Notes under the pieces: generated by a model
Told to the model about the DNA's origin: nothing
Seen by the model: the letters and a program-made list of their open reading frames with translations, nothing else
Databases searched by the model: none
Shown here: positions 23,083 to 32,701 of the stretch, piece after piece
Position numbering within the stretch: the stretch's first letter is position 1
Layout: each line of letters starts with the position of its first letter
Made by a program: the position numbers and the translations under genes
IMG/VR virus record: IMGVR_UViG_3300009156_000007
DNA: 48,960 nt
Origin: a virus
Strand: one strand, 5' to 3'

Positions 23083-24789
23083 GTGGCGACCTACTACGTA
23101 CGCAAAACGGGCAGCGACGCCGCGGCTGGAACCAGCGCGGGTACCGCCTGGGCCACGCTAACCAAGGTGCTCGGGCAGACGGGAAGCAGCAGCGCCGGCT
23201 CCGCCACCACGCTCACCACGAGCGGACTCACCACGAACCAGTGGGTCGGCGCGGTGCTCACGATCCTGACGGGCACCGGGGCTGGCTCGATTGGCACGGT
23301 CACGTCCAATACGACCACGGTGTTCACGGTGGGATCCTGGTCCGGCACGGCGCCCTCCGGCGCGGGCACCTATTCGGTCAGCGGGATCTCATCTGGAGAT
23401 ACGGTCTACGTCGGCGCGGGAACCTACCGCGAGGTCGTTTCCATCGGCATGACGAGCGCGACGGTCGAAACCAAGATCATCGGGGACATGGACGGGGCGC
23501 AAACCGGGGATGCCGGGGAGGTCAAGTGGTCTGCCTACACGACCAACGACACGACCACCCCGTCGACGAGTTCGCTGTGCAACCTCAACACCCGCGACTT
23601 CCTCACGTTCCAGAATATCTGGTTCGTCGGCGGAAACCTCGCCAACGGGCGGTGCGTGACCAGCTCCGCATCGGCTGGGGCATCGCACTCCAAGAACATC
23701 ACGTTCAAGAACTGCTTTTTCCAGAGCGGCGCCACGGGCGGATCGAACACGAATCAGGTCTTCCTCGCCAACGGCGCACAGGAAGCGAGCGTCTGGACGT
23801 TCGACCGCTGCGCCTTCTTTGGCGTGGGGGAGGCGGCGGTCTGGATGTCGATTGTCCAGTTCGCCTCCGGGGCGGACTGGGATGAACAGATCGTCTTTAC
23901 CAACTGCCTCTTTATGGGCTGCGCGCCCACCGTCCAGGTCAACGGATCGGCCAACACCTTCAAGCCGGGTGGGATCAAGATTTCGTATTGCACGTTCTAT
24001 CAGGCCGCGTTCAACACCGCGACCAACGCGCACAGCACGACGGTCGCCTCCGACATCGAGCATTGCTTCATCGTCGTACCGCAGAACACCGCCCCGATCA
24101 GCGCGGGCACGGCTGGGCAACTGGTGCGTGAGGACTACAACACGATCCTCTCCACGTCGGCGGTGAGCGCCAACGTCACCAGCGGCGGGAACTCGACCAC
24201 CTATGCGGGCGCGGCCATCGTGCGGCACATGGCGTTCGACTTCGGCCAGTCGTGGGCGTTCGGACAGCAGGGCCGACCGTTCTTTACCCCGTGGTCGGGG
24301 AGCAACTTGCTCGGCGTCGGCACCGGCGGCAACATCTCGGCGCAGACCGTCGACTTCCTCAACCGCCCGCGTCCCTCCGGCGGGGCAAGCGCCAACGCGG
24401 CGGCGGGGATGCTGGAACGGCACGACTTCGCCATCAGCCCCGGAACCACGGTGGGAGCGGACTCGGGCACCGGCTATATCGAACTGGTCGGGATGGGTGA
24501 TCACGACTTCGACGTGCCCGTGGATGCCGTGGCCCAGACCTTCACGATCAAGACCAAGACCAGCGGCTATACCGGCACGAACTATCCCCAAATGAAGATC
24601 GTCAACGGCGGTCAGGCTGGGGTTGCGGACGCAAGCGTGGACGCGACCAACGCGAGCGCGTCCGCCTACGAATCCATCAGCATCGGCCCGTTCACCCCCA
24701 CCAGTAAGGGCGTCGTCACCGTCCGCCTCACGAACCGATCCGCCAACGGAACCGGGATCGCAGCCTTCGACACGTTTGCTGTGAGCTAG
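23083..24789 (+). CDS. Second right-handed beta-helix tailspike-like protein
   Basis: GTG with a GGAGG RBS. The N-terminus MATYYVRKTGSDAAAGTSAGTAWATLTKVL matches the usual start of parallel beta-helix repeat proteins. Repeated NxxF/VxxC-type rungs follow. Confidence 0.7.
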   Translation: MATYYVRKTGSDAAAGTSAGTAWATLTKVLGQTGSSSAGSATTLTTSGLTTNQWVGAVLTILTGTGAGSIGTVTSNTTTVFTVGSWSGTAPSGAGTYSVSGISSGDTVYVGAGTYREVVSIGMTSATVETKIIGDMDGAQTGDAGEVKWSAYTTNDTTTPSTSSLCNLNTRDFLTFQNIWFVGGNLANGRCVTSSASAGASHSKNITFKNCFFQSGATGGSNTNQVFLANGAQEASVWTFDRCAFFGVGEAAVWMSIVQFASGADWDEQIVFTNCLFMGCAPTVQVNGSANTFKPGGIKISYCTFYQAAFNTATNAHSTTVASDIEHCFIVVPQNTAPISAGTAGQLVREDYNTILSTSAVSANVTSGGNSTTYAGAAIVRHMAFDFGQSWAFGQQGRPFFTPWSGSNLLGVGTGGNISAQTVDFLNRPRPSGGASANAAAGMLERHDFAISPGTTVGADSGTGYIELVGMGDHDFDVPVDAVAQTFTIKTKTSGYTGTNYPQMKIVNGGQAGVADASVDATNASASAYESISIGPFTPTSKGVVTVRLTNRSANGTGIAAFDTFAVS

Positions 24790-24793
24790 GGCC

Positions 24794-27496
24794 GTGGCTA
24801 CACGGTTCTATCTCCAGAACGCCACCGCGCCGTACCAGCCCGCGACGTACCGGGGGTCGTGGGACGCGACCGGGAACGCCGTCTCCTCCAAGCTCGGCGT
24901 CACCAAGGCGGGCGCGAGCAACCTCAACACCGTAGCGGAAACGAGCACCACGAACTCGTGGGACGTGCTGCTTGTTCGGTTCGTGTCCGATCCGATCGCC
25001 GCAACCAGTTTCACGACCAGCGACACGGTGCAATGGGTCGCGGGCGTCACCGAGTCGAGCAACAACCTCAACGGCTTCTACCACGTCCACATCTACGTCA
25101 CGACCGGCGACTCCGACACCGTACGTGGCACGCTACTCAACAACAGCATCGGCGCAACCGAGTGGACCACGACCGCCACCGGACGCGGCGAGGGGACCAA
25201 GAGCCTCGCCAACAACGTCAGCGCATTAGCCGGCGACCGGATCGTGGTCGAGGTCGGCTATCAGGCGGTCAACACGTCCAGCGTCTCGATGTCCGGCACG
25301 CTCTATTTCGGGGCAACCGGCGGGACCGACCTCGCCCAGGCCAGTACTGCCGTCACCACGAACCCCGGATGGGTCGAGTTCTCCACCACGATCACGACGC
25401 TGACCACCATTGCACCCAGTTCGTCGACGGCGACGAGCGCGGCCAACGCTCCGGTCCTTGAGATCCCGTCCGTCAATCAGTTCTCGTTCCAGCGCCGGGG
25501 CACACCGTTCCGCGCACTCGCCAACCCGGCGGGATCGTGGGGCTTCGACTACCCGAGGGCAGGCGCACCGGGCCCGCTGACCAAGCGCACCAGCCTCTCG
25601 CTCGACAGCACCGCCACGCCAGGGGCCTCCACCGCAACGGCGAGCGCGTCCGTCCCGACCACGCTGCTGCTGCTCGAGCCGCCGGCCGCCACCGCGACAG
25701 CGGATGCCCCGGCCCCGGTGGCGGGGACGTTCACCACCGTTTCCGCCACCCTCGCCACCGCCACGGCGAACACCGCGCTGCCGACGCCGCTGGCAAGCAG
25801 TTCCGTCGCACCTGACCAGTCCACCGCATCCGCCACGGCTCCGGCTCCCAGCCTCGTCATTACATCGCTCCTTGTCCTGACCACCGCCACCGCGACGGGC
25901 GCAGCTCCGACCCCGAGTACGTCGGCTACCACCGATTCGGTCGGGTCGTGGGGCTTCGACTACGCCCGCCGAGGTCAGCCGCTCCGGGCCATCGGGACCA
26001 ACGCCACCGCGCGGACGTTCGAGTTCGCCCGGCGCACCAGCCCGCACCGCGCACTCACCGGAACCAACGGAGCGGCCGTCGTCACCATCGGCGGGACCAT
26101 CGCGCAGGCAACATCGGCGGCGCTTGCCCCGACGCCGTTTGCTAGCAGTACCGTCTCCCCCGGGGCGTCCACGGCCTCTGCGTCCGCTCCGGTTCCGACG
26201 ATGGGCGCGGGCAGCACGGTGTCTCCGCCCGTCGCCACCGCCACCGCCGAGTCGTACGCCTTCTTCGCGCTCCCCACCGTGGTCGTTGCCGAGGTGGCGA
26301 CCGCGACGATGCGGATGGTCGGCACCTACTCCGGCAGCGTCTACGGCGATGTCGAGCCGGACGGGACGGGGCCATGGGCGGCAACGGGTCCGAGCGTTGT
26401 CCCGGTTGCCACGGCCACGGGAACAGCGCTGGCCATCGACAACACGCGAGAGATCGCGCCGATCACCGTGACCGCCACGGCTGCCGCGCTGGCTCCGGCC
26501 ATCACCCAACTCATCGGGCTGGAGCTGGCGTACGCCACCGCCGAGATGCCCGATGTCGAGGTCGTTGTCGCACTCACCCCGCCGGTCTCCACGGCAACGG
26601 CGAATACCGCCACCCCGACCGTCGTCGTTGCGATCCTGCCGAATGCGGCGACCGCTACTGGTGACGGCGCGCAGCCCACCCCGGTCGGCATCAGCTCCGC
26701 GACGGTCACGCCCGACGTGGCAGCGGCGACCGCGGCGGCTCCGATCCCGAACATCCCGCTTCAGGTCCCGGTATCGACGGCCGCGGGCGCGGCGTTCGCC
26801 ACCACACTCACGAACGACTACGTGGTCATCGTTCCCGCCCCGATCCAGCTCGTTCCGCTGGTCCTGTCCGCGTGGGCGATCGGACAGGGGAACATCCCTG
26901 GCATCCGCATCATCCTGACGCCGACGACGAGCACGGCATCCGCGGACGCGCTCGTCCCGTCACTCTCTCGCGGCGTCAGCCCGGCGGCGGCAACCGCCAC
27001 CGGCACGGCGCCGGTCCCGATCCCGACAACCACGCTGGCGATCCCGGAGGCTACGGCCACGGCGCAAGCACGAACTCCGTCCATCCTTGGCGTGACGACG
27101 CTGCTTGCCGTCCCGGCATCAACGGCCGCAGCGACCGCGCCGGCGCCGAACAGTTCGGTGGTGAGCACCGCCCAACCTGGCGCGGCAACGGCCACCGGCG
27201 CGGCGGGAATCCCGTCCGTCGCCTACACGCACGATCAAACGACCGGGGCAGCGAGCGCGAGCGGGTCGGCATCCGCGCCGTCCTTCGTGATCTTCTCGAC
27301 CATCCCGGCCCCGGTGTCCACGGCCGATGCGCGGGCGTACTTCGGCCAGGTCAACCCGAAGCAGCGCACGGTCGTCGTCATCAGCGCGGGACGCCCGCGC
27401 ATCGTGGTCAGTTCGGTCGCATCCCATCGGGGGGCGACGGTGGAATCCGAGCTGCCGGAACCGGCGGTCGCGGTCAGTTCCGCGGTGAGGAAATAG
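24794..27496 (+). CDS. 900-aa structural protein: globular N-terminal domain (~200 aa) plus long Ala/Thr/Pro short-repeat region
   Basis: Uninterrupted frame. From about residue 205 onward there are dozens of degenerate units of the form (S/A)TA(T/S)(A/G)xAxxP, for example ASTATASASVPT, AATATADAPAPV, LATATANTALPT, TATATGAAPTPS. Confidence 0.75.
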   Translation: MATRFYLQNATAPYQPATYRGSWDATGNAVSSKLGVTKAGASNLNTVAETSTTNSWDVLLVRFVSDPIAATSFTTSDTVQWVAGVTESSNNLNGFYHVHIYVTTGDSDTVRGTLLNNSIGATEWTTTATGRGEGTKSLANNVSALAGDRIVVEVGYQAVNTSSVSMSGTLYFGATGGTDLAQASTAVTTNPGWVEFSTTITTLTTIAPSSSTATSAANAPVLEIPSVNQFSFQRRGTPFRALANPAGSWGFDYPRAGAPGPLTKRTSLSLDSTATPGASTATASASVPTTLLLLEPPAATATADAPAPVAGTFTTVSATLATATANTALPTPLASSSVAPDQSTASATAPAPSLVITSLLVLTTATATGAAPTPSTSATTDSVGSWGFDYARRGQPLRAIGTNATARTFEFARRTSPHRALTGTNGAAVVTIGGTIAQATSAALAPTPFASSTVSPGASTASASAPVPTMGAGSTVSPPVATATAESYAFFALPTVVVAEVATATMRMVGTYSGSVYGDVEPDGTGPWAATGPSVVPVATATGTALAIDNTREIAPITVTATAAALAPAITQLIGLELAYATAEMPDVEVVVALTPPVSTATANTATPTVVVAILPNAATATGDGAQPTPVGISSATVTPDVAAATAAAPIPNIPLQVPVSTAAGAAFATTLTNDYVVIVPAPIQLVPLVLSAWAIGQGNIPGIRIILTPTTSTASADALVPSLSRGVSPAAATATGTAPVPIPTTTLAIPEATATAQARTPSILGVTTLLAVPASTAAATAPAPNSSVVSTAQPGAATATGAAGIPSVAYTHDQTTGAASASGSASAPSFVIFSTIPAPVSTADARAYFGQVNPKQRTVVVISAGRPRIVVSSVASHRGATVESELPEPAVAVSSAVRK
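25400..27380 (+). repeat. Degenerate in-frame short-repeat region (Ala-Thr-Ala-Thr-x-x-Ala-x-x-Pro units) inside the 900-aa gene
   Basis: Visible in the translation. Also contains one larger internal duplication: GSWGFDY(P/A)R(A/R)G and F(S/E)F(Q/A)RR(G/T)(T/S)P(F/H)RAL each occur twice. Confidence 0.8.
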
Positions 27497-27497
27497 C

Positions 27498-28718
27498 ATG
27501 GCAACCTACGCCATCAAACAGGGCAACGACGAGATCATCGTTCACACGTTCGCGGACCAGCGCGGTGCGTTCGACCTTTCGGGATCGTCCGTCTACTGGC
27601 GGCTGTTTGCCGATTCCGACGACGCGGACGCGGATGCGCTCTACACCCATTCGTGGATCGCCGGGGTCGAGAGCGGACTGAGTTTGACCGACCCGGAGAC
27701 GTTGACGACGGCCGACCCCGAGGACGGCATCCTCTACAACCACGTCACCAACGCGATCACCTCGGCGCTCACCGCCGGATGGACCTACTACTACGAGATC
27801 GAGCACGTCGACCTCAACGGTCTGGTCAAGACGCTCGATTCCGGCACGCTCACGATCACGACCGCACCCACGCTCGGCGCGGTCAACGCGCTCGGCGGCA
27901 TCCCCCGCGCCGAGCTGCGGCGGCAACTGGCCGAGCGGTTCGACGACTACGTTCCGCTGGTGGCGACCGCCGCCGGGGGCACGCTCACGTTCGTCGACAC
28001 CTACCACGTCAACAGCGCCACCGATCATTTCAACGGGCGCGACCTCGTGTTCACGTCCGGGATCAACACCGGGCAGCGGCGGCGCGTGACCGACACGAGC
28101 GTGACCGGAACGCTCTCGCTCTCGCTGCCGGTGCTTCCGGCGAACACCGCAACGGGCGATACCGCCGACGCCTTCAACGCGAAGTCTCGCGGATTCACCG
28201 CGGAACAATACGACCGCGCGATCAACAACGCGATCCTCGCGGCGTGGCCGACCGCCGCCGTGCACCTCACGTCCGACATCGCGGCCAGCTTCGACGCCAG
28301 CACCGGCGAGGTGAGCATCCCCGCCGACTTCGCGGAGATCGAATCGCTCGAGGCGCAGGACGGAAGCGGCCTCTGGTATCCGGTGCCGAAGGCGAACCAC
28401 TACGGCGGCGATGGCTGGTGGTCCGACCGGGCGGCGGGGCAACTGCGGCTCTACGGCGGACGGGCCTGGGGCGTCAACGCGATGTATCTGCGGGTGTTCG
28501 GCCTTGGGCGGCACCCGACCCTGGACGCCGACTCCGATACCTGCTCGATCCGCCCGGAGTGGATCATCGCCCACGCGGCCTACCACCTTGCCGCCGGCGC
28601 GGTGCGCAACGAGGAACACAGCATCCGGGTCAACATCTTCAAGGACGAGATGGAGCGCTACCGCGTCGGCATCGTCACGGCGCGCGGCCCGAGTAGCGCC
28701 AAAGTGAGAGCGGCGTAA
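27498..28718 (+). CDS. Hypothetical tail protein (406 aa)
   Basis: ATG with a GAGGAA RBS. Lies in the tail block. No domain recognised. Confidence 0.7.
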   Translation: MATYAIKQGNDEIIVHTFADQRGAFDLSGSSVYWRLFADSDDADADALYTHSWIAGVESGLSLTDPETLTTADPEDGILYNHVTNAITSALTAGWTYYYEIEHVDLNGLVKTLDSGTLTITTAPTLGAVNALGGIPRAELRRQLAERFDDYVPLVATAAGGTLTFVDTYHVNSATDHFNGRDLVFTSGINTGQRRRVTDTSVTGTLSLSLPVLPANTATGDTADAFNAKSRGFTAEQYDRAINNAILAAWPTAAVHLTSDIAASFDASTGEVSIPADFAEIESLEAQDGSGLWYPVPKANHYGGDGWWSDRAAGQLRLYGGRAWGVNAMYLRVFGLGRHPTLDADSDTCSIRPEWIIAHAAYHLAAGAVRNEEHSIRVNIFKDEMERYRVGIVTARGPSSAKVRAA

Positions 28719-30865
28719 TGGCACACGAAGTTCAACCAGGCGCCCTTGAACTTATCGCGTGTTGGTTCAAGGAGTCCGTCACCCAACTCAACGGGGCGTT
28801 GCTCTCCTCCGGCGGGACCGACACCGTGGTGGTGGACGACGCCAGCGAGATCGACGAGTCCGACGTGCTCCTGATCGACGACGAGCTGATGGACATCACC
28901 ACGATCACCGGGAACAGCATCGCGGTGGAGCGGGCGGCGGAGAGCACCACGGCCGCAGCCCACGCGGACAACAGCCCGGTCCACCTGTTCCGGCAGCGGC
29001 GGTTCAAGTTGCTCGGCGATCTGCGGCAGCAGGCCGTGGACCGCTTCGCCGGCAAGATCACGATCGGCCCGTACGACAAGGACTCCAACGATACGCTCTC
29101 CGCCTGGATCGTGGGCGACTTCACCGGCGGGCACGGGATCGCGGATCTCAAGGAAGGGGTCGACGACACCCGCTACCGCTTCGGCACCATGTACACCCGC
29201 CATCCGTTCCAGATGAGCAAGCCGTTCAAGATCTACAAGGGCTTCATCGGCAGCGGCAGCGTGCGCCTCTTGGGCGACCTCCAGTACGACGACGCGGTGT
29301 ACCGGATGGCATCGAGCGGGGCCACGCTCTACCAGGACACCACCAGCCGGGGAGCGCTGACCGCCGGGGCGTTCGGGCGCGGCGTGACCTTCTCCGGGAC
29401 GGCGACCATCCAGCGCTTCTACGTGCCGATGAGCGCGAGCGGCTACGCCACGTTCAACCCCGCCACGAACACGCTGACCAACAACGCCACGCCCGACCTC
29501 CGCGCGTTCCTGCTCTGGAACGACCTGCTCATCGGGGTCGGCAAAGACGGCACGATGTACTACGCGACGACCGCGGCGAACACGACGACCTTCACCGCCT
29601 ACACCCTCGGCGGGAACAACGTGAAACTCGACGCCGGGCTGCGGGTGGCGAACATGCTCCCGTTCTACGACCGCCAGGGCAACCCGGTCCCGTTCCTCAT
29701 CACCCAGGAGAACGTGTGGGCGTTCGACCCGGACACCCCACGGCTGTATAGGATCCCCGACTTCGAGAGCGTGCATCCCCGCTTCGGCTACGCGAGCGCC
29801 GTGTGGCGCGGCGAGCTGTACGTCGCGAGCGGCATGGACATCATGGCGTTCAACGGCGAAGTCTTGCGACCCGCCCAGATGGGGCTCTCGCGCGACGACG
29901 GCCTGCCCTACGCCTACCAGTCCGGCGGCTACATCCGAAGCCTCGTCGCGGGCCAGAACGCGCTCTACGCCCTCGTCAAAGGCCAGACGACCGGCGGCGT
30001 GACGTACCACAGCGTCCACGAGTGGAGCGGGTTCGGCTGGCATTGCATCTACACCGGATCCGACGCGGACGGCCCGCGCAGCATGGCCGTCTCGGCGGCG
30101 GGCGACGACTACAACCTGCACTGGGGACTGGACGGCGGCGGGGACCTCTACACGCAGGAACTCCCGGAGAGTTTCACCAACCCGCGCGAGTCGATCGCCG
30201 CCGGCGGCGACATTATCTTGGGCGACTTCACCGTCTACGACGGCACCCATTACACCCCGACCTACTACCTGGAAACCGGGCGCTTCGACGCCAACATGCG
30301 CGGCTACCGCAAGATCGCGCAGGGCGTGGAACTGACGATTCGCTCGCTGGCGGAGGGCTACGAAACCGTCCGCGTCAAGTACCGGGTCGACACGGACACG
30401 GCATGGACGCAACTCGGCGACGACATCGCGGTGGCGGGCGTCCATCGCCTGCTGTTCGGCCCGATCGACCCCAACGGGTTCCGCATCGGGCTCGACTTCG
30501 AGAGCATCGAACTGCGCTTCGAGATCACGGACGAGATCCCCAACCCCTACACGCAGGAGACCAGTGCCGTGATCGAATCGTCGGTGTTCAGCTTCCACAA
30601 GCGGATGAACCCGGGTGCGGCGTGGACGGCGGACATCGACTGCGGGGCGGAGTTTATGGGGGTGAGCGCGGCGGAGCAGGTGGACAACCTCATCGAGATC
30701 AGGACATTGGATCGCTTCTTCTCCATCCGGTACGGGGACAAAACGTACCGCTCGATCGTCACCGGGCAGTCCGGGGTCGTGCAGGGCGGACGCGATCCGG
30801 GTGCCGCGTTCCAGATCGCGTTGCTCGAGATAACGCAGCAACTCGGCGTGAGCGATGTGCCATGA
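28718..30865 (+). CDS. Large tail protein (715 aa)
   Basis: The ATG overlaps the previous stop (TAATG). The N-terminal module VVVDDASEIDESDVLLIDDELMDITTITGNSIAVERA resembles the capsid insertion module. Confidence 0.72.
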   Translation: MAHEVQPGALELIACWFKESVTQLNGALLSSGGTDTVVVDDASEIDESDVLLIDDELMDITTITGNSIAVERAAESTTAAAHADNSPVHLFRQRRFKLLGDLRQQAVDRFAGKITIGPYDKDSNDTLSAWIVGDFTGGHGIADLKEGVDDTRYRFGTMYTRHPFQMSKPFKIYKGFIGSGSVRLLGDLQYDDAVYRMASSGATLYQDTTSRGALTAGAFGRGVTFSGTATIQRFYVPMSASGYATFNPATNTLTNNATPDLRAFLLWNDLLIGVGKDGTMYYATTAANTTTFTAYTLGGNNVKLDAGLRVANMLPFYDRQGNPVPFLITQENVWAFDPDTPRLYRIPDFESVHPRFGYASAVWRGELYVASGMDIMAFNGEVLRPAQMGLSRDDGLPYAYQSGGYIRSLVAGQNALYALVKGQTTGGVTYHSVHEWSGFGWHCIYTGSDADGPRSMAVSAAGDDYNLHWGLDGGGDLYTQELPESFTNPRESIAAGGDIILGDFTVYDGTHYTPTYYLETGRFDANMRGYRKIAQGVELTIRSLAEGYETVRVKYRVDTDTAWTQLGDDIAVAGVHRLLFGPIDPNGFRIGLDFESIELRFEITDEIPNPYTQETSAVIESSVFSFHKRMNPGAAWTADIDCGAEFMGVSAAEQVDNLIEIRTLDRFFSIRYGDKTYRSIVTGQSGVVQGGRDPGAAFQIALLEITQQLGVSDVP

Positions 30866-31461
30866 CGGATCGCTTGCAGCCGATGAAGCCGCTCGCCCGC
30901 CCGGCCACGCTGCGGGGACCGGCGATCAAACCGACCGGCCCTCGCCGCTTGCGCGTGATCGAGCAGCACGTCGGTGGTCCCGGCGATCCTCCGCCCGGCT
31001 TCGTTGGCGGGCAGACCTCCGCAACCGAGTGGTGGTGCTACTGGGGCCTCTACAAGATCTTCGACGAGCGGGCCGACCCCAGGAAGCCGCCCTTCTTCGG
31101 GCTCTACCCCTACTTCGAGTACCAGTCGGCGGAGATCGGCGGGTACGTGCGCGCGGTCGGTTCGGCCGTGGTCGACTTCCTGATCCACCAGGGAAACACG
31201 ATGCTCGCCATCCGCCTCCAGACCGAGCGGTTCCACCAGTTCACCGACGCCAAGAAGCAGGGGGGGGACCGTCTGCAAGAGGCGTTGCTGGAGAAGTCGG
31301 GGCTCACGGTTGTGGACGTGTACGACCAAGACATCCTCGGTGATCCGAGCGGCGCCAAGTGCATCATCACGCTCAAGCGGGCGCTGGGTTTGATCGAGCG
31401 CGTCAACCCGGTCGTGGCCGGGACCGCGATCCGGGCGAGCCGGTTGAAAGTTCTCAAGTAG
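30862..31461 (+). CDS. Hypothetical protein (199 aa)
   Basis: ATG 30862 overlaps the previous stop (ATGA). It is the in-frame tail of ORF 29803..31461, whose upstream part is off-frame overlap. Confidence 0.65.
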   Translation: MTDRLQPMKPLARPATLRGPAIKPTGPRRLRVIEQHVGGPGDPPPGFVGGQTSATEWWCYWGLYKIFDERADPRKPPFFGLYPYFEYQSAEIGGYVRAVGSAVVDFLIHQGNTMLAIRLQTERFHQFTDAKKQGGDRLQEALLEKSGLTVVDVYDQDILGDPSGAKCIITLKRALGLIERVNPVVAGTAIRASRLKVLK

Positions 31462-32097
31462 ATGAAGGCCCCTTGGCTCCAACTTAAGAGGCTCGTCGGG
31501 CTCGGTCCGAGCACGCCGACGCACGAGATGGACGGGCAGCTTCGCTACGTGCGCCCCGCCGGGTCCATCGGCGTGCTCTACGTGGCGCGTGGGCTGGCCG
31601 ACAACACGACGTACGCCTGGGTGCCGGTTGCGCTTACCGCGAGTCCGACCTTCACCGGAACGGTCACGCTGGACGGCATCACCACCACCGGGGCCACGCT
31701 GCTCGGCAACCAGAGCACCGACACGCACCAGATCGCCGGCCGGATCATCACGGACGGGAGCGCGCCGTCGATTTCTCCGAACGCGGTCAACACGACGGGG
31801 TTGGGGATCGGCGGGACCGCGACCATCTCGGGGAACAACACGTCCGGGGTCATCGTCCTCGACCCGGCGGGCACGCCGGGGGCCGGGACGCAGGCGACGG
31901 TGACGTTCTTCGGGATCGACCGGGGCTCGCAGTCCTACGGCGTGTGGCTGACGCCGGACGACGCCGACGCGCTGCTCGACGACGGCAAGGTCCGGGCGCT
32001 GCGCTCCAGCGGAACGCAGTGGGTGATCGTCTCCAACGCCGCCTACACGAACCTGAACGCGAAGCAGTGGCACTACCTGATAGTCGAGAACACCTGA
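31462..32097 (+). CDS. Tail fibre-like protein (211 aa)
   Basis: Gly/Thr-rich repeats such as TFTGTVTLDGITTTGATLLGN and GLGIGGTATISGNNTSG. It is the last gene of the tail block. Confidence 0.6.
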   Translation: MKAPWLQLKRLVGLGPSTPTHEMDGQLRYVRPAGSIGVLYVARGLADNTTYAWVPVALTASPTFTGTVTLDGITTTGATLLGNQSTDTHQIAGRIITDGSAPSISPNAVNTTGLGIGGTATISGNNTSGVIVLDPAGTPGAGTQATVTFFGIDRGSQSYGVWLTPDDADALLDDGKVRALRSSGTQWVIVSNAAYTNLNAKQWHYLIVENT

Positions 32098-32106
32098 TGC
32101 GCGGGG

Positions 32107-32532
32107 GTGCGGACCGATGTGGCTGACCAGAATACGATCGGAGGAATCAGTGCCGCTGCCTTACTGGCCGCTATCGGCTGGCTTGCCAAGCGGCTCTACG
32201 ACTCTCCCCGTCAATCCGAGATCGACCGCGTTATCAAGGAGTGCGACGACCGCATTGCCGCCACCCAGGTCGAGGCCGACCGCATCCGCGACCGTGCTGC
32301 TGCCTTACAGGCCATCATCGACGACAAGGCCGCTCAGGTCGAAGCCGCGCTCGTGCTCCGAGACGCGGAGAATCGAGCCCTTCACGATGAGATTTCCCAG
32401 CTTCGCAATGCGGCGGATCGCATCGCAGCAGGAACCAACGGAACCGGACCCGGCCTGGCCCGCATCCGACGTGCCGCCCATCCTCGACGAATCCGATCAG
32501 AAGGTGGTGGACAAACTGGATCGGATCATTGA
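32107..32532 (+). CDS. Membrane-anchored coiled-coil protein (lysis-region gene); coding signal leaves this frame near 32400-32420
   Basis: N-terminal TM segment IGGISAAALLAAIGWLA, then heptad-like EADRIRDRAAALQAIIDDKAAQVEAALVLRDAENRALHDEISQLRNAADRIA. Codons after about 32420 have low third-position GC and read as Arg/Gly junk. Confidence 0.55.
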   Translation: MRTDVADQNTIGGISAAALLAAIGWLAKRLYDSPRQSEIDRVIKECDDRIAATQVEADRIRDRAAALQAIIDDKAAQVEAALVLRDAENRALHDEISQLRNAADRIAAGTNGTGPGLARIRRAAHPRRIRSEGGGQTGSDH

Positions 32533-32701
32533 CGTCGCGGAGACGGCCCTGAACGAATCGCGACGGGCACGGGGCGAGCTGCCGCGCATCCAACGCACGC
32601 TCGACCTGATCATTCAGCGGATGGAACAAGCGCCGAACCCGATCCTCGGGCCGATGCCCACGGCTCCGCTCGGCACACGCACGAAACGGCAGGCTCCATG
32701 A
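32408..32701 (+). CDS. Hypothetical protein in the +1 frame (97 aa if started at ATG 32408), possibly the C-terminal part of the preceding gene
   Basis: High third-position GC and a protein-like sequence (PPILDESDQKVVDKLDRIIDVAETALNESRRARGELPRIQRTLDLIIQRMEQ). No convincing RBS before ATG 32408. The stop overlaps the next ATG (ATGA). Confidence 0.5.
   Translation: MRRIASQQEPTEPDPAWPASDVPPILDESDQKVVDKLDRIIDVAETALNESRRARGELPRIQRTLDLIIQRMEQAPNPILGPMPTAPLGTRTKRQAP

Noticed and set aside
25400-27380. Repeat-rich region considered as a CRISPR-like array or as the variable region of a diversity-generating retroelement.
   Set aside because: The units are in-frame, degenerate and irregularly spaced inside one long ORF, with no repeat-spacer structure. 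I saw no reverse transcriptase gene and no second near-identical template copy elsewhere in the genome.
32117-32701. Embedded or overlapped o-spanin (Rz1-like lipoprotein) in the +1 frame of the TM/coiled-coil gene.
   Set aside because: The +1 frame product from 32408 onward has no cysteine at all, hence no lipobox. The upstream part of that frame has only one Cys in a non-lipobox context (KPRSCSE) and looks non-coding.
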